DNA from: an uncultured Gemmatimonadaceae bacterium
GTDB lineage: Bacteria > Gemmatimonadota > Gemmatimonadetes > Gemmatimonadales > Gemmatimonadaceae
NCBI GenBank assembly: GCA_963829055.1
Contig: CAWHHI010000010.1
Span: 152,207-216,206 of the forward strand
Direction: 5' to 3'
Length of the DNA stretch: 64,000 nucleotides
Below, one piece after another: positions 1 through 11,792 of this stretch. The notes under the pieces were generated by a model that did not search any database, was not told where the DNA came from, and saw only the letters and a program-made list of their open reading frames with translations. The position numbers and the translations under genes are program-made. Each line of letters begins with the position of its first letter. The first letter of the stretch is position 1.

Positions 1-12
1 GCCTCCGCGCTC

Positions 13-1467
13 GTGGCCCGAGGGGTAACGACGGGCGACACCGTCGCCACGCTGCTGCCTAACGTGCCGGCGATGTACGAGGCACACTTCGGCGTGCCGA
101 TGACGGGCGCGGTGCTCAACACCCTCAACACACGCCTGGACGCGGCGACCATCCGGTTCATGCTGGAGCATGGCGAGGCGAAGGTGCTCCTCGTCGACCG
201 CGAGTACGCGAGCCTCGCGGCCACGGCGCTTGCCGGGATCGACTCCCGCCCGCTCGTGATCGACGTCGACGATCCCGCCTACGACGGCGACGGCAACCCG
301 TTAGGCGAAGTAGAATACGAGGCGCTACTGCGCGACGGCGATCCGGCGTACGACTGGCAGCCGCCGTCAGACGAATGGAACGCGATCTCCCTCAACTACA
401 CGTCCGGGACCACCGGGAATCCAAAGGGAGTCGTCTACCATCATCGCGGCGCGTATCTCAACGCGATCGGCAACATCCTCTCGTGGAGCATGCCGCGGTA
501 TCCGGTCTATCTCTGGACGTTGCCGATGTTCCACTGCAACGGGTGGTGCTTCCCCTGGAGCATCGCCGCGCAGAGCGGGACGAACGTGTGTCTGCGGAAG
601 GTCGACGCCGAAGTGATCTTCCGCCTGATCGCCAGGCATCGCGTCACGCACTACTGCGGCGCTCCCATCGTACACAACACACTCACGGGCGCGCCGCCCG
701 AGATGCGTGAAGGGATCACGCACCGCATCGCGGCGATGGTGGCTGGTGCCTCGCCACCGCCATCGACGATCGAAGCGCTCGAGGCGATCAATATCGACCT
801 CACGCACACCTACGGGCTCACCGAGGTCTATGGACCCGCGACCGTGTGCACGAAGCAGGAAGAGTGGGACGATCTCGATCCACACGACCAGGCGCTTCGC
901 AACGGGCGACAGGGTGTTCCGTATCTGGTCGAGGAAGATGCCGCGGTACTCGACCCCGAGCGCATGGAGCCGGTGCCCGCCGACGGTGAGACCATCGGCG
1001 AGATCATGTTTCGCGGGAACATCGTGATGAAGGGGTATCTCAAGAACCCGTCCGCCACCGCGAAGGCGTTCGAAGGCGGATGGTTTCACTCGGGCGATCT
1101 CGCCGTCACGCAGCCCGACCAGTACATGAAGATCAAGGACCGCGCGAAGGACATCATCATCTCCGGCGGCGAGAACATCTCGTCACTCGAGGTGGAGGAC
1201 GCCCTGCACCGCCATCCGGCCGTGTTCGCCGCGGCGGTGGTGGCGGAGCCGCACGAGAAGTGGGGCGAGACGCCGTGCGCGTTCGTCGAGCTCAAGCCTA
1301 ACGCTGTGGTGGCAGAGGGCGACCTCATCGAGCACTGCCGGCAACTCCTCGCGCGCTTCAAGGTGCCGCGCCGCATCGTCTTCGGACCGCTCCCGAAGAC
1401 GTCGACGGGGAAGATTCAGAAGTTCATCCTGCGCGAGCGGGCGAAGTCGGCGGCCGCGATCGTCTGA
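13..1467 (+). CDS. Acyl-CoA synthetase (AMP-binding, FACL-like); probably 5'-truncated by window edge
   Basis: YTSGTTGNPKG AMP-binding loop, YGLTE, GWFHSGD, KDIIISGGENISS, PKTSTGKIQK motifs. Confidence 0.93.
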   Translation: MARGVTTGDTVATLLPNVPAMYEAHFGVPMTGAVLNTLNTRLDAATIRFMLEHGEAKVLLVDREYASLAATALAGIDSRPLVIDVDDPAYDGDGNPLGEVEYEALLRDGDPAYDWQPPSDEWNAISLNYTSGTTGNPKGVVYHHRGAYLNAIGNILSWSMPRYPVYLWTLPMFHCNGWCFPWSIAAQSGTNVCLRKVDAEVIFRLIARHRVTHYCGAPIVHNTLTGAPPEMREGITHRIAAMVAGASPPPSTIEALEAINIDLTHTYGLTEVYGPATVCTKQEEWDDLDPHDQALRNGRQGVPYLVEEDAAVLDPERMEPVPADGETIGEIMFRGNIVMKGYLKNPSATAKAFEGGWFHSGDLAVTQPDQYMKIKDRAKDIIISGGENISSLEVEDALHRHPAVFAAAVVAEPHEKWGETPCAFVELKPNAVVAEGDLIEHCRQLLARFKVPRRIVFGPLPKTSTGKIQKFILRERAKSAAAIV

Positions 1468-1468
1468 T

Positions 1469-1789
1469 TCAGGTCGCGGGAAAGAGCATCCGCAGCACAA
1501 ACACTGACAATAGGGCGGCGAGGCTCAGCGCGGCCGGCCAGAAGCGAGCAAGGCGCCGGAGCCGGGTCGGGGCCGATCCCGCCGCGCCAGGATCACGCGC
1601 GCGCAGTTCGGCCAACGCCTGCTCGAACGCACCGGGCGCGATCCCAGCTTCACGTGCCGCCTCGCGCAGCTCGCCAACGGACAGCTCGGCGACACGGGCG
1701 GCCTCGAGCTCGCTCGCTCGCGCGAGGAGCTGCCGGGCCGCCTTCTCAGGCAGCCGCTCAGCGTCGCGGGTCTGATCGCGCTCGGTCAT
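1469..1789 (-). CDS. Small hypothetical protein with C-terminal TM helix
   Basis: ATG at 1789 with GGAGG 6 nt upstream; LLARASELE...ELREAAREAGIAP helical region then hydrophobic tail. Confidence 0.6.
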   Translation of the reverse strand: MTERDQTRDAERLPEKAARQLLARASELEAARVAELSVGELREAAREAGIAPGAFEQALAELRARDPGAAGSAPTRLRRLARFWPAALSLAALLSVFVLRMLFPAT

Positions 1790-1913
1790 CGGCATCCTCC
1801 TGCGAAGTGAGTGCGGCGGGGTGGGCGGCGGGATGCTCGGAAAATAGCGCCGCGGCCGGGAGGCGCCCACTCGACATCCCGGCGAGCCAGGGCGCGTGGC
1901 GTCGAATCAGGGG

Positions 1914-2751
1914 CTACGCGCCTATCGCGAGCGACTCGGCTCCGCGCGGCGCGCTGGGCCCGCGACTCCGCCACCACACCACGAGCCAGCGCGGCGGCGA
2001 GGAGTAACGCGTTCGCCGTCCACATGGCGACAAACGGGGAGACCAGTAGCCGCTCGGCGAGCGCTTCGCCCGCAATGAGGGCGACGTAGTACATCGCAAT
2101 GACGTTGGGGAAAGCGACGATCGCCAACGCGACGCCGTCGTGTGGGGAGAGAAGTGCGAGCGCCACGCCGGTCAGCGCCAGGACCACGGACGCCGCGGAG
2201 AGGGCGTACTTCTTCTGGATCTCGACCTCGTACGAGACCGCGCGCGCCGCGGAGGCCGACCCGGCGTCCGCCCGGGCGCCGCGTGCCGCCGTCCGCAGCT
2301 CGGCGATCGTCATCTCGCGGTCGCCCCGCTCGACTGCGCGGCCCGCCTGCACGAGCCGCCAGCCGCTGGTTCGCGCGGGGGAGGATCTGGTCGTTCGAAC
2401 ACGAACATCAGCGTGGCGACGCCGGCCGCGGCCACGAGTACGGGCACGACCAGGCGGCGGATGCCGTGGTGCTCCGTGCGAGCCGCCGTGAGCACTCCCT
2501 CCCGGCCGAGCTGGGTGAAGACCCAGAGCACGGCGAGGAGGACCGCCATCGGGACCGTCATCGCCGCCGTGAACGGCACCGCGAGCAGCACAGCCGCGAC
2601 GAGGGCGCCGGTCGGGACTCCCCGCGCGCGCAGCTCCGGCAGCTGCTTCGTCGCGTAATTGGCGAGCAGGAACGTCGTCACCGACGACGAAGGCAACGGC
2701 GAAGGCGATGGCGTGGCGGTGCAGGAGCTGCCGGGTCGTGGGGTTCGGCAT
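1914..2751 (-). CDS. LptF/LptG-family permease, short form, frameshifted
   Basis: Pieces in several frames: AVPFTAAMTVPMAVLLAVLWVFTQLGREG; DREMTIAELR; YEVEIQKKYALSAAS; PFVAMWTANAL. Confidence 0.7.
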
Positions 2752-2877
2752 TGACGGACCTCAGGAGATGTGCGCCGTCCTACAGACTGGATACGACCTT
2801 CGCCAGCGAGAGTGTGCGTCGCGGGGTGTGAGCGCCAGTCGTTCGTCAGCTCGGGTCGAGCGGTGGAGACGCTTCCG

Positions 2878-5323
2878 CTACTCCGCGCGAAGCGCTTCCG
2901 CCGGGTCGACGTGCGCCGCCCGCCTCGCGGGGAACCAACTCGCCAGCGAGGCCGTCGCGACGAGCACCAGCGCTGCTCCAGCCAGTGTCAGAGGATCACT
3001 CGGCGTGACGCCATACAGAAATGCTCGCAGGAACGGCGCCGCGATCGCGTAGAGCACGAAACCGGCAGCGACGCCGCTCGCGGTCAACGCCAGTCCGCGC
3101 ATCGCGACTGACTGAGCGAGTTGCTGGGGGGAGGCGCCGAGCGCGACGCGCACGCCGAACTCGCGGGTTCTGAGTGCGACCGTGTACGCCATCACGCCAT
3201 ACAACCCGATCGTTCCGAGCAGCAGCGTGATCGCGGCCGCAGCCAGTCATGAGCGTCAGCGCCAGCGAGAGACGCGACGTGGACGCGCGGACGACGTCGC
3301 TCATGGTCTCGACATTGAAGATCGGAACCGTCGGGTCGAGGTCGCGCACAACCCGCCTAACGGCTGCCACCACGGCGGCCGGCGGCCCGGATGTCCTGAC
3401 GACGAGCGCCATCGTGTGTCGCGCACTCGGTTCCGTCGTCGGATCGATCGGGACGACCTGGGGCACGTAGACCGTTGCGGACGGTGGCGTGGCCAGGTCA
3501 TAGTCGCGCACGTCTCCGACGACGCCGATGATCGTGTATGTCGGTCCCGAAGGCGCCAACCCCAGACGCTTTCCTAACGCGGCCTTGCCGGTGGGATCCT
3601 GCCAGATCGTCGCCGCGGCCCGCTGGCTGATGATCACGTCGCCGTCGCGTTGGAGCCCGAGGCGCTGAAAGCCGCGGCCAGCAACGAGAGGAATCCGCAT
3701 GGTCGCGAAGTATCCGTCGTCGACGACGTTCGTGGGCAGAGACAGCGTTCGCCCTTCGACACGAAACGACTGCTCACGCGTTTCACCGGCGCCAAGCGGG
3801 AGTCGCGTCGTCAGGCCGGCCGCGCGAACACCCGGGAGCTGCCCAGCCAACTCGGTCAGCCGTGCGTAGAAGGCCACGGACGACGAATCGCCATAGCGCG
3901 CGAACGGCAGTTGGGTCCAGATCGTCACGACGTTGGTGGCGTCGAACCCCGGACGCTCCTGATACAATCGGTGGAAGGTGCGCAGCAACAGCGCGGATCC
4001 CACTGAGACCATGAGCGCCACGGCGATCTGAAGGACGGCAATCGCTGCTCGGAGTCGCTGCCGCGTCCTTCCCGCCGTCTCGCCGCGCCCTCCGTCACGC
4101 AGGTTGATCGAAAGGGTCGCGCGTCGAATACGAATCGTGGGCATCACGCCGCAGATGACCGCCCCCAGAATCGAAATGACGACGGCGAATCCCACCGTCG
4201 TTAGGCCCGGCCTCAACTCCGCGAGACGAGGGACGTCGGCCGGACCGAACGCCACCAGCGCGTGGACTGCCCCCCACGCCGCGAGGAGCGCGACAGCGGC
4301 GGCGGCTGCGGTGAGCACGATCGATTCGCCCATGAAATGGGTGGCGATGCGCAGGCGGCTTGCGCCGAGCGCCTCGCGGACCGCGAGCTCGAGTTGGCGC
4401 CCGTCGGCACGGATCAACAGGAGATTGGCGACGTTGGCCCACGCGACGAGCAACACGAGGCCCGCGGCGGCGGCCAGCATCCACAGCGTACGCGCGATTC
4501 CGCTCGTGACCTCGTCGCGCAACGGAAGCACGATGGGCCTGGGGTTCGCCTGATCGAGCCACTCCGCCGTCGCCGTTCCCGATTCCAGACGCGGGAACGA
4601 CTCGGCCATTCGTGGCAGCACGTCCGCGAGCTCGCGCTGCGCCTGCTGGAGTGTGGCGTTAGGCGCGAGCCGCGCCACACTCGAGTAGGTGAAGTCTCCC
4701 AACGCCGGGCTGCTCTGATCGAGCCTCACGGGGAGCCAGAGCCGCGTGTCGGCCGCCGGGAAGACGAACCGCTCCGGCATGACGCCGACAATTTCACGCG
4801 GGACGCTGTTGGCGATCAGCGTCTTTCCGATGACGTCGCGAGCCGCGTTGAAGCGCGTTCGCCACAGGGACTCGCTCAGGATGACGGCGTTCGGACCGTT
4901 CAGCCGCTCCTCATCCGTCGTGAACGAGCGACCGAGAAGCGGCCTCACCTGAAGGAGTGGGATCATCGACGCGGTCACCCACGTCGCGGTCACGCGCTCG
5001 GGGAGGTCGTCGCCGTCACCCATCCAGATATTGGCGTTGCCGGTTCTATAGAAGCCGACATCGTCGAGACGTCGCGCGAAGCGCCTGTAGGTGAAGTAGA
5101 CACCGGGCGGCTGCTGTATGCGGCGGAGCTCGGTCGTTTGCAGGCCGACGCTGACCAGGCGATCCGGGTGTCCGTACGGCAGCGGCTCGAGCAACACGCC
5201 ATACACGATGGCGAACATCGACGTGACCGAGCCGATACCGAGAACGAGTGTGAGGATCACCGCGACGGTGAACACCGGCGTGCGCTTCAGTGATCTCAAC
5301 GCGTGTCGGAGCGAAGTCGGCAT
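2878..5323 (-). CDS. ABC transporter permease, ADOP/MacB-FtsX duplicated family (frameshift near 3240)
   Basis: FTVAVILTLVLGIG, LLVAWANVANLLL, ELAVREALGASR, GLYGVMAYTVALRTREFGVRVALGA, PARRAAHVDPAEALRAE. Confidence 0.9.
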
Positions 5324-5568
5324 GATCAGCTCATTGCTTTCTTCACGAGTGCGCCGATACGTGCTTCTCGGCGAAGCACCTAACGCCTTGACTCAGTATG
5401 ATCTGGTGACGAACCGAACGCACATTGCCTGTCGACGCACCGTCACTGCGCCCTAGATTGGGCTCATTGCCGCCCGAGCGGTAGGACTTCCCAAAGATTC
5501 TGCTCCCGCCCCCTCACGCGGCGATCATCGGTTCGTGCAGATCGCCCGGATAATCCAGGTATCGAGGT

Positions 5569-6900
5569 ATGCGCAGACTCCCCCTCCTCATCGCGGTGCT
5601 CGCTCTCACGGACGGCGCCGTCGGAGCGCAGCAACCGTCGCTCCCGACACCGCCACGAGGACACCCGATCTTGCCCGCGCCGGAATCACCGCGCATGGCT
5701 GAGCTCCGTGAACGATTGCGGCGCGGCGACTCGACAGCGCTCGCGACATTCTGGACGCGCGCCGCGTCCGAGCGGACACCGATCATCGAGACCATTCCTG
5801 GAGATAGCGCTCGCGTTCTCGCGACATTCGTGTACCGGGACACCACACCGCTGTCGAATGTCGTCATCTCCGGCGGCGTCGCAGGCTGGGTCGATGCGCT
5901 CACCGTGATGGAACACGTGGCCGGCACCGACCTGTGGTACAAGAGCGTTCCCGTGCGGAAGGACATACGCATCGGTATCAGTTCCGGAAGAACGACTCCC
6001 TGTTCCCGTGGTTCGTGGATCCGAACTTCGCCAAACGCTGGGCCGCGGGGTTTGCGGATCCGCTGAACCCGAAGGTCGAAGCGCTTCCTGCGGGACCACG
6101 TTCGGCATTCGACGCGGCCGTCGCCCACGCACGCAGCCGTGGGACGCGGTCCGCCGGGGCCGCGCCGGCAAGCTGAGCGCCGCCACGTTCACCAGCTCAC
6201 ACGGCACGAGCAGCGCGATCTCTGGAAGTACACGCCACCGGTTACGACACCACGGCAGCACGGCGAGCGGGTGGCCTGCCAGATCTCGTGCGTTTGACGG
6301 TGGCGCGTGTACGGGACGCCTGGTGCCACACCGCACCATCCTCGACAACATGCTCGCCGATCGTCGGATCGCGCCGATCATCGTCGTGCTTCATCGCCAA
6401 CGGTAGCCAGCGGATGCAGGAGCTTGCCGCGAATCCAGACTTCGCCGACTTCGTCGCCGATGAAGTGATGCCGTGGGTTCGTCAACGTTATGCGGTGACG
6501 TCATCTCCAGGGAAAACAGCGATCGGCGGATCGAGTCACGGCGCCCAGGCAACGTCGTGGCGCTCCGCTACCCGGGGCTGTTCGGCCAGGTGATCTCGCA
6601 GTCCGCGTCGCAGGTGGGGGCCCGAGGGCGAGGACGGCGAGTGGCTTCGCGCCGTCGCGACGATCGCAAGCTCCCGGTGCGGTTCTACAGGGGTCGGAGT
6701 CTACGAGACGGATCGCTCGGCCAACCAGGGGCCGGGCCAGGTGTGGCCAAACCGTCACTTCCGTGACGTGCTGCGAGCGAAGGGATACGACGTCGACTAT
6801 CGCGAGTTCGCCGAAGCGCACGAGTACCTCAACGGCGCGGGACGATCACGAGGCACTCATGCCGATCTTCCCGGCGCCGCATCGCGATCGGCCAACTCGC
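5569..6900 (+). CDS. Secreted enterochelin-esterase (Fes)-like alpha/beta hydrolase, multiply frameshifted; 3' end approximate
   Basis: Signal peptide; TPIIETIPGDSARVLATFVYR, GTDLWY, ILDNMLADRRIAPII, DFVADEVMPWVRQRY, IGGSSHG nucleophile motif. Confidence 0.7.
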
Positions 6901-6916
6901 ACGGAATTTCAGCGCC

Positions 6917-9386
6917 TTACTCCCCGTACGGCACCCAGATGTTCTTGACCTGCGTCGCCTCGCGGAGGAACTCGCGCCCTTCCCCGTGACGCGCGTCGAG
7001 CCAGTCGCGGCGCTGCCACGTCGCCCACGTCCGCTTCATGTTCACCGCCGACGCCTCCTCGACCAGCTTCACGCCGGCCGCGGCACCGAAGTACCAGACC
7101 GCCTCCACGTCATCATGCTCGGCAAGCACGCGCGCGAGCGCGTCCTTCGCGCCGGTGACGATGTTGACGACTCCAGCCGGCACGTCCGACGTCTCGAGCA
7201 CGCTGTAGAAGTCCGTGGCGGAGAGTGGCATGCGGCTCCGACGGGATCACCACCGTCGCGTTTCCCATCGCGATCGCCGGCGCGACGAGCGAGATGAGGC
7301 CGAGCAGCGGACGCTCGGAGGGGCACGCGATGCCGACGACGCCGATCGGCTCGTTCATCGCGAGCGCGACGCCGCGGATCGGCACGTTATGCACGGCGCC
7401 GTCGTACTTGTCCGCCCACGCGGCGTACGTGAACAGCCGCGAGATCGACGCGTCCACTTCACGCGACGCCTCGATCTCGCCGCAGCCGGTCTGGGCATCT
7501 ACTCGCCGCGCGAACTCCTCGGCGCGCGCCGCCAGGTTCTCCCCGATGTAGAACAGGATCTGTGCGCGCAGGTGCCCGGTCGCCTTCCCCCACCCCTTCC
7601 ACGCCGAGTGGGCGGCCTCGACGGCGTTGCGGATGTCCTTGCGGTTGCCTTCGCCAACCTCTCCGATCAGCGCCCCGTTAGGCGCGTGAACGCGGCGGAC
7701 ATGCCCCTGGTCGGGGCGCGTCTGCTTACCGCCGATGAACAGCTTGGGGGTACGGTTGATGGCTGGAACCCGTAGCGGTCGGCGACCGTCGTGCGCGGCG
7801 TTCGCCCGGTCGTTAGGCCCCGATGTGCCACGTCCAAGGTGTCCGGATTCCCATGTGGCGTGCGTCGCGTTGCCTCGATTGCTAGCCTCCCCAGTCCCCA
7901 GTCCCGCGTCCCCAGTCCCCACACCGACGGGCTTCACGTACTCCCACATGCCCTCGCGTCCACCCTCGCGCCCGAATCCACTCTCGCGGTAGCCGCCGAA
8001 CCCGCTCGACGCGTCGAACAGGTTCGTGGAGTTGATCCAGACGACGCCAGCCTTGATCTTCGGCGCGATGTCGAGCGCGAGGTTGATGCTCTCGGTCCAG
8101 ATGCTCGCCGCGAGTCCGAATGGCGTGTTGTTCGCGAGCGCGACCGACTCCTCCGGCGTGCGGAACGTCATCGTCACGAGCACGGGACCGAAGATCTCGA
8201 CCTGCGCGATCATCGACGACGGCTGCACGTCAGTGAACAGCGTCGGCGGATAGAAGTAGCCCTCGGTCGGACACGCCCACGACGGCTGCCACATCGTCGC
8301 GCCCTCGTCGACACCGCGCTGCACGAGACCGCGGATGCGATCGAGCTGCACCGGCGCGACGATGGCGCCCATGTCGATCGCCTTGTCGAGCGGTTGACCG
8401 ATGCGAAGCTTCTCCATCCGCGCGCGCAGCTTCGTCGTCAGGCGATCGGCGATCCCTTCCTGCACGAGCAGACGCGAGCCGGCGCAGCACACCTGCCCCT
8501 GATTGAACCAGATCGCGTCGACGACACCCTCGACGACGCTGTCGAGATCCGCGTCGTCGTAGACGATGAACGGGCTCTTGCCCCCGAGCTCGAGCGACAG
8601 CTTCTTGCCGCTGCCGGCCGTGGCGCGGCGGATGATGCGACCGACTTCCGTCGACCCAGTGAACGCGATCTTGTCGACGTCCGGGTGTTCGACGAGGAGC
8701 TTCCCGGTCTCGCCATCGCCGGTCACGATGTTGAGCACCCCCGCGGGAATCCCCGCCTCGCCCGCGATCTCGGCGAAGAGGAGCGCGGTGAGCGGCGTGA
8801 ACTCCGCCGGCTTGAGCACGACCGTGTTTCCCGCGGCGAGCGCCGGCGCAACTTTCCACGCCAGCATGAGCAGCGGGAAGTTCCACGGAATGATCTGACC
8901 AACGACGCCGACCGACGTGTAGCCGGCGAACTCGCTCTCGAACAGCTGCGCCCAGCCGGCGTGGTGGTAGAAGTGCCGGGCGACGAGCGGGATGTCGAGG
9001 TCGCGCGTCTCGCGGATGGATTTGCCGTTGTCCATGCTCTCGACGACGGCGAACAGGCGCGAGTGCTTCTGGATCTCGCGCGCGAGCGCGTACAGATGCC
9101 GCGCGCGCCCGTGGCCCGAGAGTCCCTTCCATCCGGGGAGCGCCTGCTTCGCGGCGGCAACGGCGGCGTCGATGTCGGGCTTCGCCCCCTGCGACACGCG
9201 CGCGAGCACGGCGGCGGTGGATGGGTCGATGACATCGAACGTCTTCCCCGGGCGCGACCAGATTCCGTCGATGAAGTGTCCGAACTGCTGCTCGCGATGC
9301 GACGCGAGCCAGCGGCGAGCCTCCGCGTCCGACTCGGGCGCAGGACCATACTCCATACTCCGAAAAATCTCAGCGACGGTCGTCAT
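6917..9386 (-). CDS. Aldehyde dehydrogenase, long ALDH16-like form with extra C-terminal ALDH half (frameshift near 7230)
   Basis: IIPWNFP, LKPAEFTP, FTGSTEVG, LELGGKSP, NQGQVCCAG, EIFGPV, FGGYRESGFGRE; second ALDH-like segment ending QVKNIWVPYGE. Confidence 0.92.
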
Positions 9387-9445
9387 GGAGGAGAGGAAAA
9401 GAGGCGATCGTTAGGCGACAAACAGCGTGAACGGCGCAGAACAGA

Positions 9446-9656
9446 ACGGCGCCAAATCCCAGACAGCGCGAAATCCCGAAGAGCGCGGAATCCCGAACGG
9501 CGCCAAATGCCAGACGGCGCGAAATCCCAGACGGCGCCAAACGGCGGTGCCATTCCGCTCTTTGTCGCTGTTCGGGATTTCGCGCAGTCTGGAATTTCGC
9601 GCTGTCTGGGATTCCGCGCCGTTCGGGATTTGGCGCCGTTCGGGATTTGGCGCCGT
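9446..9656. repeat. Foldback array of 17-bp tandem repeats (5 forward + 5 inverted units)
   Basis: Units ACGGCGCCAAATCCCAG-like at 9446, 9463, 9480, 9497, 9514; reverse complements at 9572, 9589, 9606, 9623, 9640. Confidence 0.9.
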
Positions 9657-9675
9657 TCGGCCTTTCGCATTTTCT

Positions 9676-10878
9676 TCATGGCATTGGCATTCGGTATGCC
9701 GCCGCGTATCGGCCCGTCACGAAGTGCTCCAGCTGACGCTCGATGTCGGTGAGCAGCGCGCTGGCGCCGAAGCGGAACAGGTCCGCGCGGAGCCAACGGT
9801 CGCCGAGCTCCTCCTTCATCAGATAGAGGTACTCGAGCGCCGTCTTGGCCGAGCGGATGCCGCCGGCGGGCTTGAAGCCGATGGCGTACCCCGTGCGCTC
9901 CTGGTATTCGCGGATCATCCGACACATCACGAGGGCGAACGGCAGCGTCGCGTTGACGCCTTCCTTCCCCGTCGACGTCTTGATGAAGTCCGCGCCGGCC
10001 TGCATGGCGACCATGCTCGCGCGGGCGACGTTGCCTAACGTCGCGAGCTCGCCGGTCGCGAGAATCGCCTTCATGTGCGCGTCGCCACACGCCTCGCGGA
10101 ACTGCCGCACCTCGTCGTACAGCGCGGCATAGTTGCCCGTGAGCACGTGGGCGCGCGTGATGACGATGTCGATCTCGCGCGCGCCGGCGGCCACCGAGGC
10201 GCGGATCTCGGACACGCGCTCCTCGAGCGGGCTCAGGCCGGCGGGAAATCCCGTCGACACCGCCGCCACCGGGATGTCCGTCCCGGCGAGTGCGTCGACC
10301 GCCGTCGGCACCATCGCGTGGTACACGCAGACCGCACCGACCGTGATCCCGAGCTGCTCGACGCCTAACGACCGAGCGAGGTCGTCGCGCAACGGCCGGC
10401 GTGCCTTCGCGCACAGGCGCCGCACCGTGCCGGGCGTGTCGTCGCCGGAGAGCGTGGTGAGGTCCATGAGCGTGATCGCGCGCAGCAGCCACGCCGCCTG
10501 CCACTCCTTCTTGACGGTGCGACGCGTCGGGATCGTCGCCGCCCGACGCTCGACGGCGCTCCGGTTGACGCGGATTGCGCGTACGACGTCGAGGTCCAGA
10601 GGAATGCCTGGGTTCCGCGCCGGATGATGATCCGAGGCCCCGGAGCGCTGAGGCAGCGCTTCCCGACCGTCGTCTCGTGCGACTTCGACGACGGGCTGCT
10701 CGCGCGCCGTCTCGGGCGCGGATTCGCGCAGCGCCTCGTGGTCCTGCTCACGCTCTGCCGGCGGCGCGGTGCTCACCAGGCGCGGCCCCGTCTCAGACGG
10801 GATCGGCGGGGAATTCTGCTCGCCAGGCGGCGACGGGACAGGCTCGATGAACCGCTTCAAGGACATGACGACCACCAC
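9676..10878 (-). CDS. deoC: Deoxyribose-phosphate aldolase (long type, with low-complexity N-terminal extension; start uncertain)
   Basis: DLTTLSGDDT, GAVCVYH, GFPAG, GAREIDIVI, KAILATGEL, GADFIKTSTGK, GFKPAGGIR, FRFGAS. Confidence 0.95.
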   Translation of the reverse strand: MVVVMSLKRFIEPVPSPPGEQNSPPIPSETGPRLVSTAPPAEREQDHEALRESAPETAREQPVVEVARDDGREALPQRSGASDHHPARNPGIPLDLDVVRAIRVNRSAVERRAATIPTRRTVKKEWQAAWLLRAITLMDLTTLSGDDTPGTVRRLCAKARRPLRDDLARSLGVEQLGITVGAVCVYHAMVPTAVDALAGTDIPVAAVSTGFPAGLSPLEERVSEIRASVAAGAREIDIVITRAHVLTGNYAALYDEVRQFREACGDAHMKAILATGELATLGNVARASMVAMQAGADFIKTSTGKEGVNATLPFALVMCRMIREYQERTGYAIGFKPAGGIRSAKTALEYLYLMKEELGDRWLRADLFRFGASALLTDIERQLEHFVTGRYAAAYRMPMP

Positions 10879-11164
10879 GGAACCGCGGGGGAGAAACCGG
10901 CGTAGCCCTTCGAGGACAAGCTACTCTAAGGTAGGAGCAGGGACGCGCCGCGTGGAGGGGGACTATCTACCCGACGGTCTGCCTTCCCCGCTGGGCATGA
11001 ACGCCGCCGGCCTCCTCGGGACGCTGGGCGTAGAGTACGCTCGGGCCTGCTCCACCGGTGCTCGCGCAGCTCGAATACCGCACGATGCTCGGTCTCGCCA
11101 CAGTACGGTAGACATACACGATCGCGTGTCGCGCCTAACGCCTGATGTTCGGTTGCGGCGTCCT

Positions 11165-11710
11165 TCAGCGCGTTTCGTCTTTGGGTCCGAACAGGAGGAT
11201 GCCAAGCAGGAACACGACGACGCTGAAGAAGAAACCGCCGGTGATCATCAGGATCCAATCGAGTACGGGCACGTCGATCCGCCAGCCGAGCAGGAACACC
11301 CCAGCGGCAGCCAGTCCCATGAGCAGAATCGTGAAGTAGTCGCCCAGCCTCGGAGGCGGGATCGGCCCGGACTCGATCGGATCACTGGGAAGGTGAACGT
11401 CAGGTCCCTGCGGATCGTACACCACCAGCTCATGCTCGCGGGCAAGCTCGAGGATCGCATCGATGACGGCGTTGTCCGCTCCCCAGCGGATGTCGAGAAG
11501 CAGGACGCGGTCGGATTGTTCCGGTGGGGTGTCCGCCCATGGTCCGTCGTCCGCGTCCGGAAATCGCCGGAGCAATTCCTTCGACACCGTGGCGATGTCA
11601 GCGCTGGATTGGAACGCGCTGTCATCGCCACGGTTGTAGTACGGCTGCAGAAGGGCCTCCGCCTTGTCCGGATCATCGACGACGGGCGCCTTCCAGAGGA
11701 TCAGCGTCAT
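11165..11710 (-). CDS. Hypothetical membrane protein (two C-terminal TM helices)
   Basis: Open frame with coding-like composition; ELAREHELVVYDPQ followed by two hydrophobic stretches. Confidence 0.7.
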   Translation of the reverse strand: MTLILWKAPVVDDPDKAEALLQPYYNRGDDSAFQSSADIATVSKELLRRFPDADDGPWADTPPEQSDRVLLLDIRWGADNAVIDAILELAREHELVVYDPQGPDVHLPSDPIESGPIPPPRLGDYFTILLMGLAAAGVFLLGWRIDVPVLDWILMITGGFFFSVVVFLLGILLFGPKDETR

Positions 11711-11792
11711 GCTCACGGCACAGACGCTACCGCAATGCTGCCCACATCACCAGATCAGCCGCGACGGTGCATCGATCGGTGTTGCGACCTGG

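Noticed and set aside
9446..9656. CRISPR array
   Set aside because: Units are contiguous without spacers, half are inverted, and no cas genes are present
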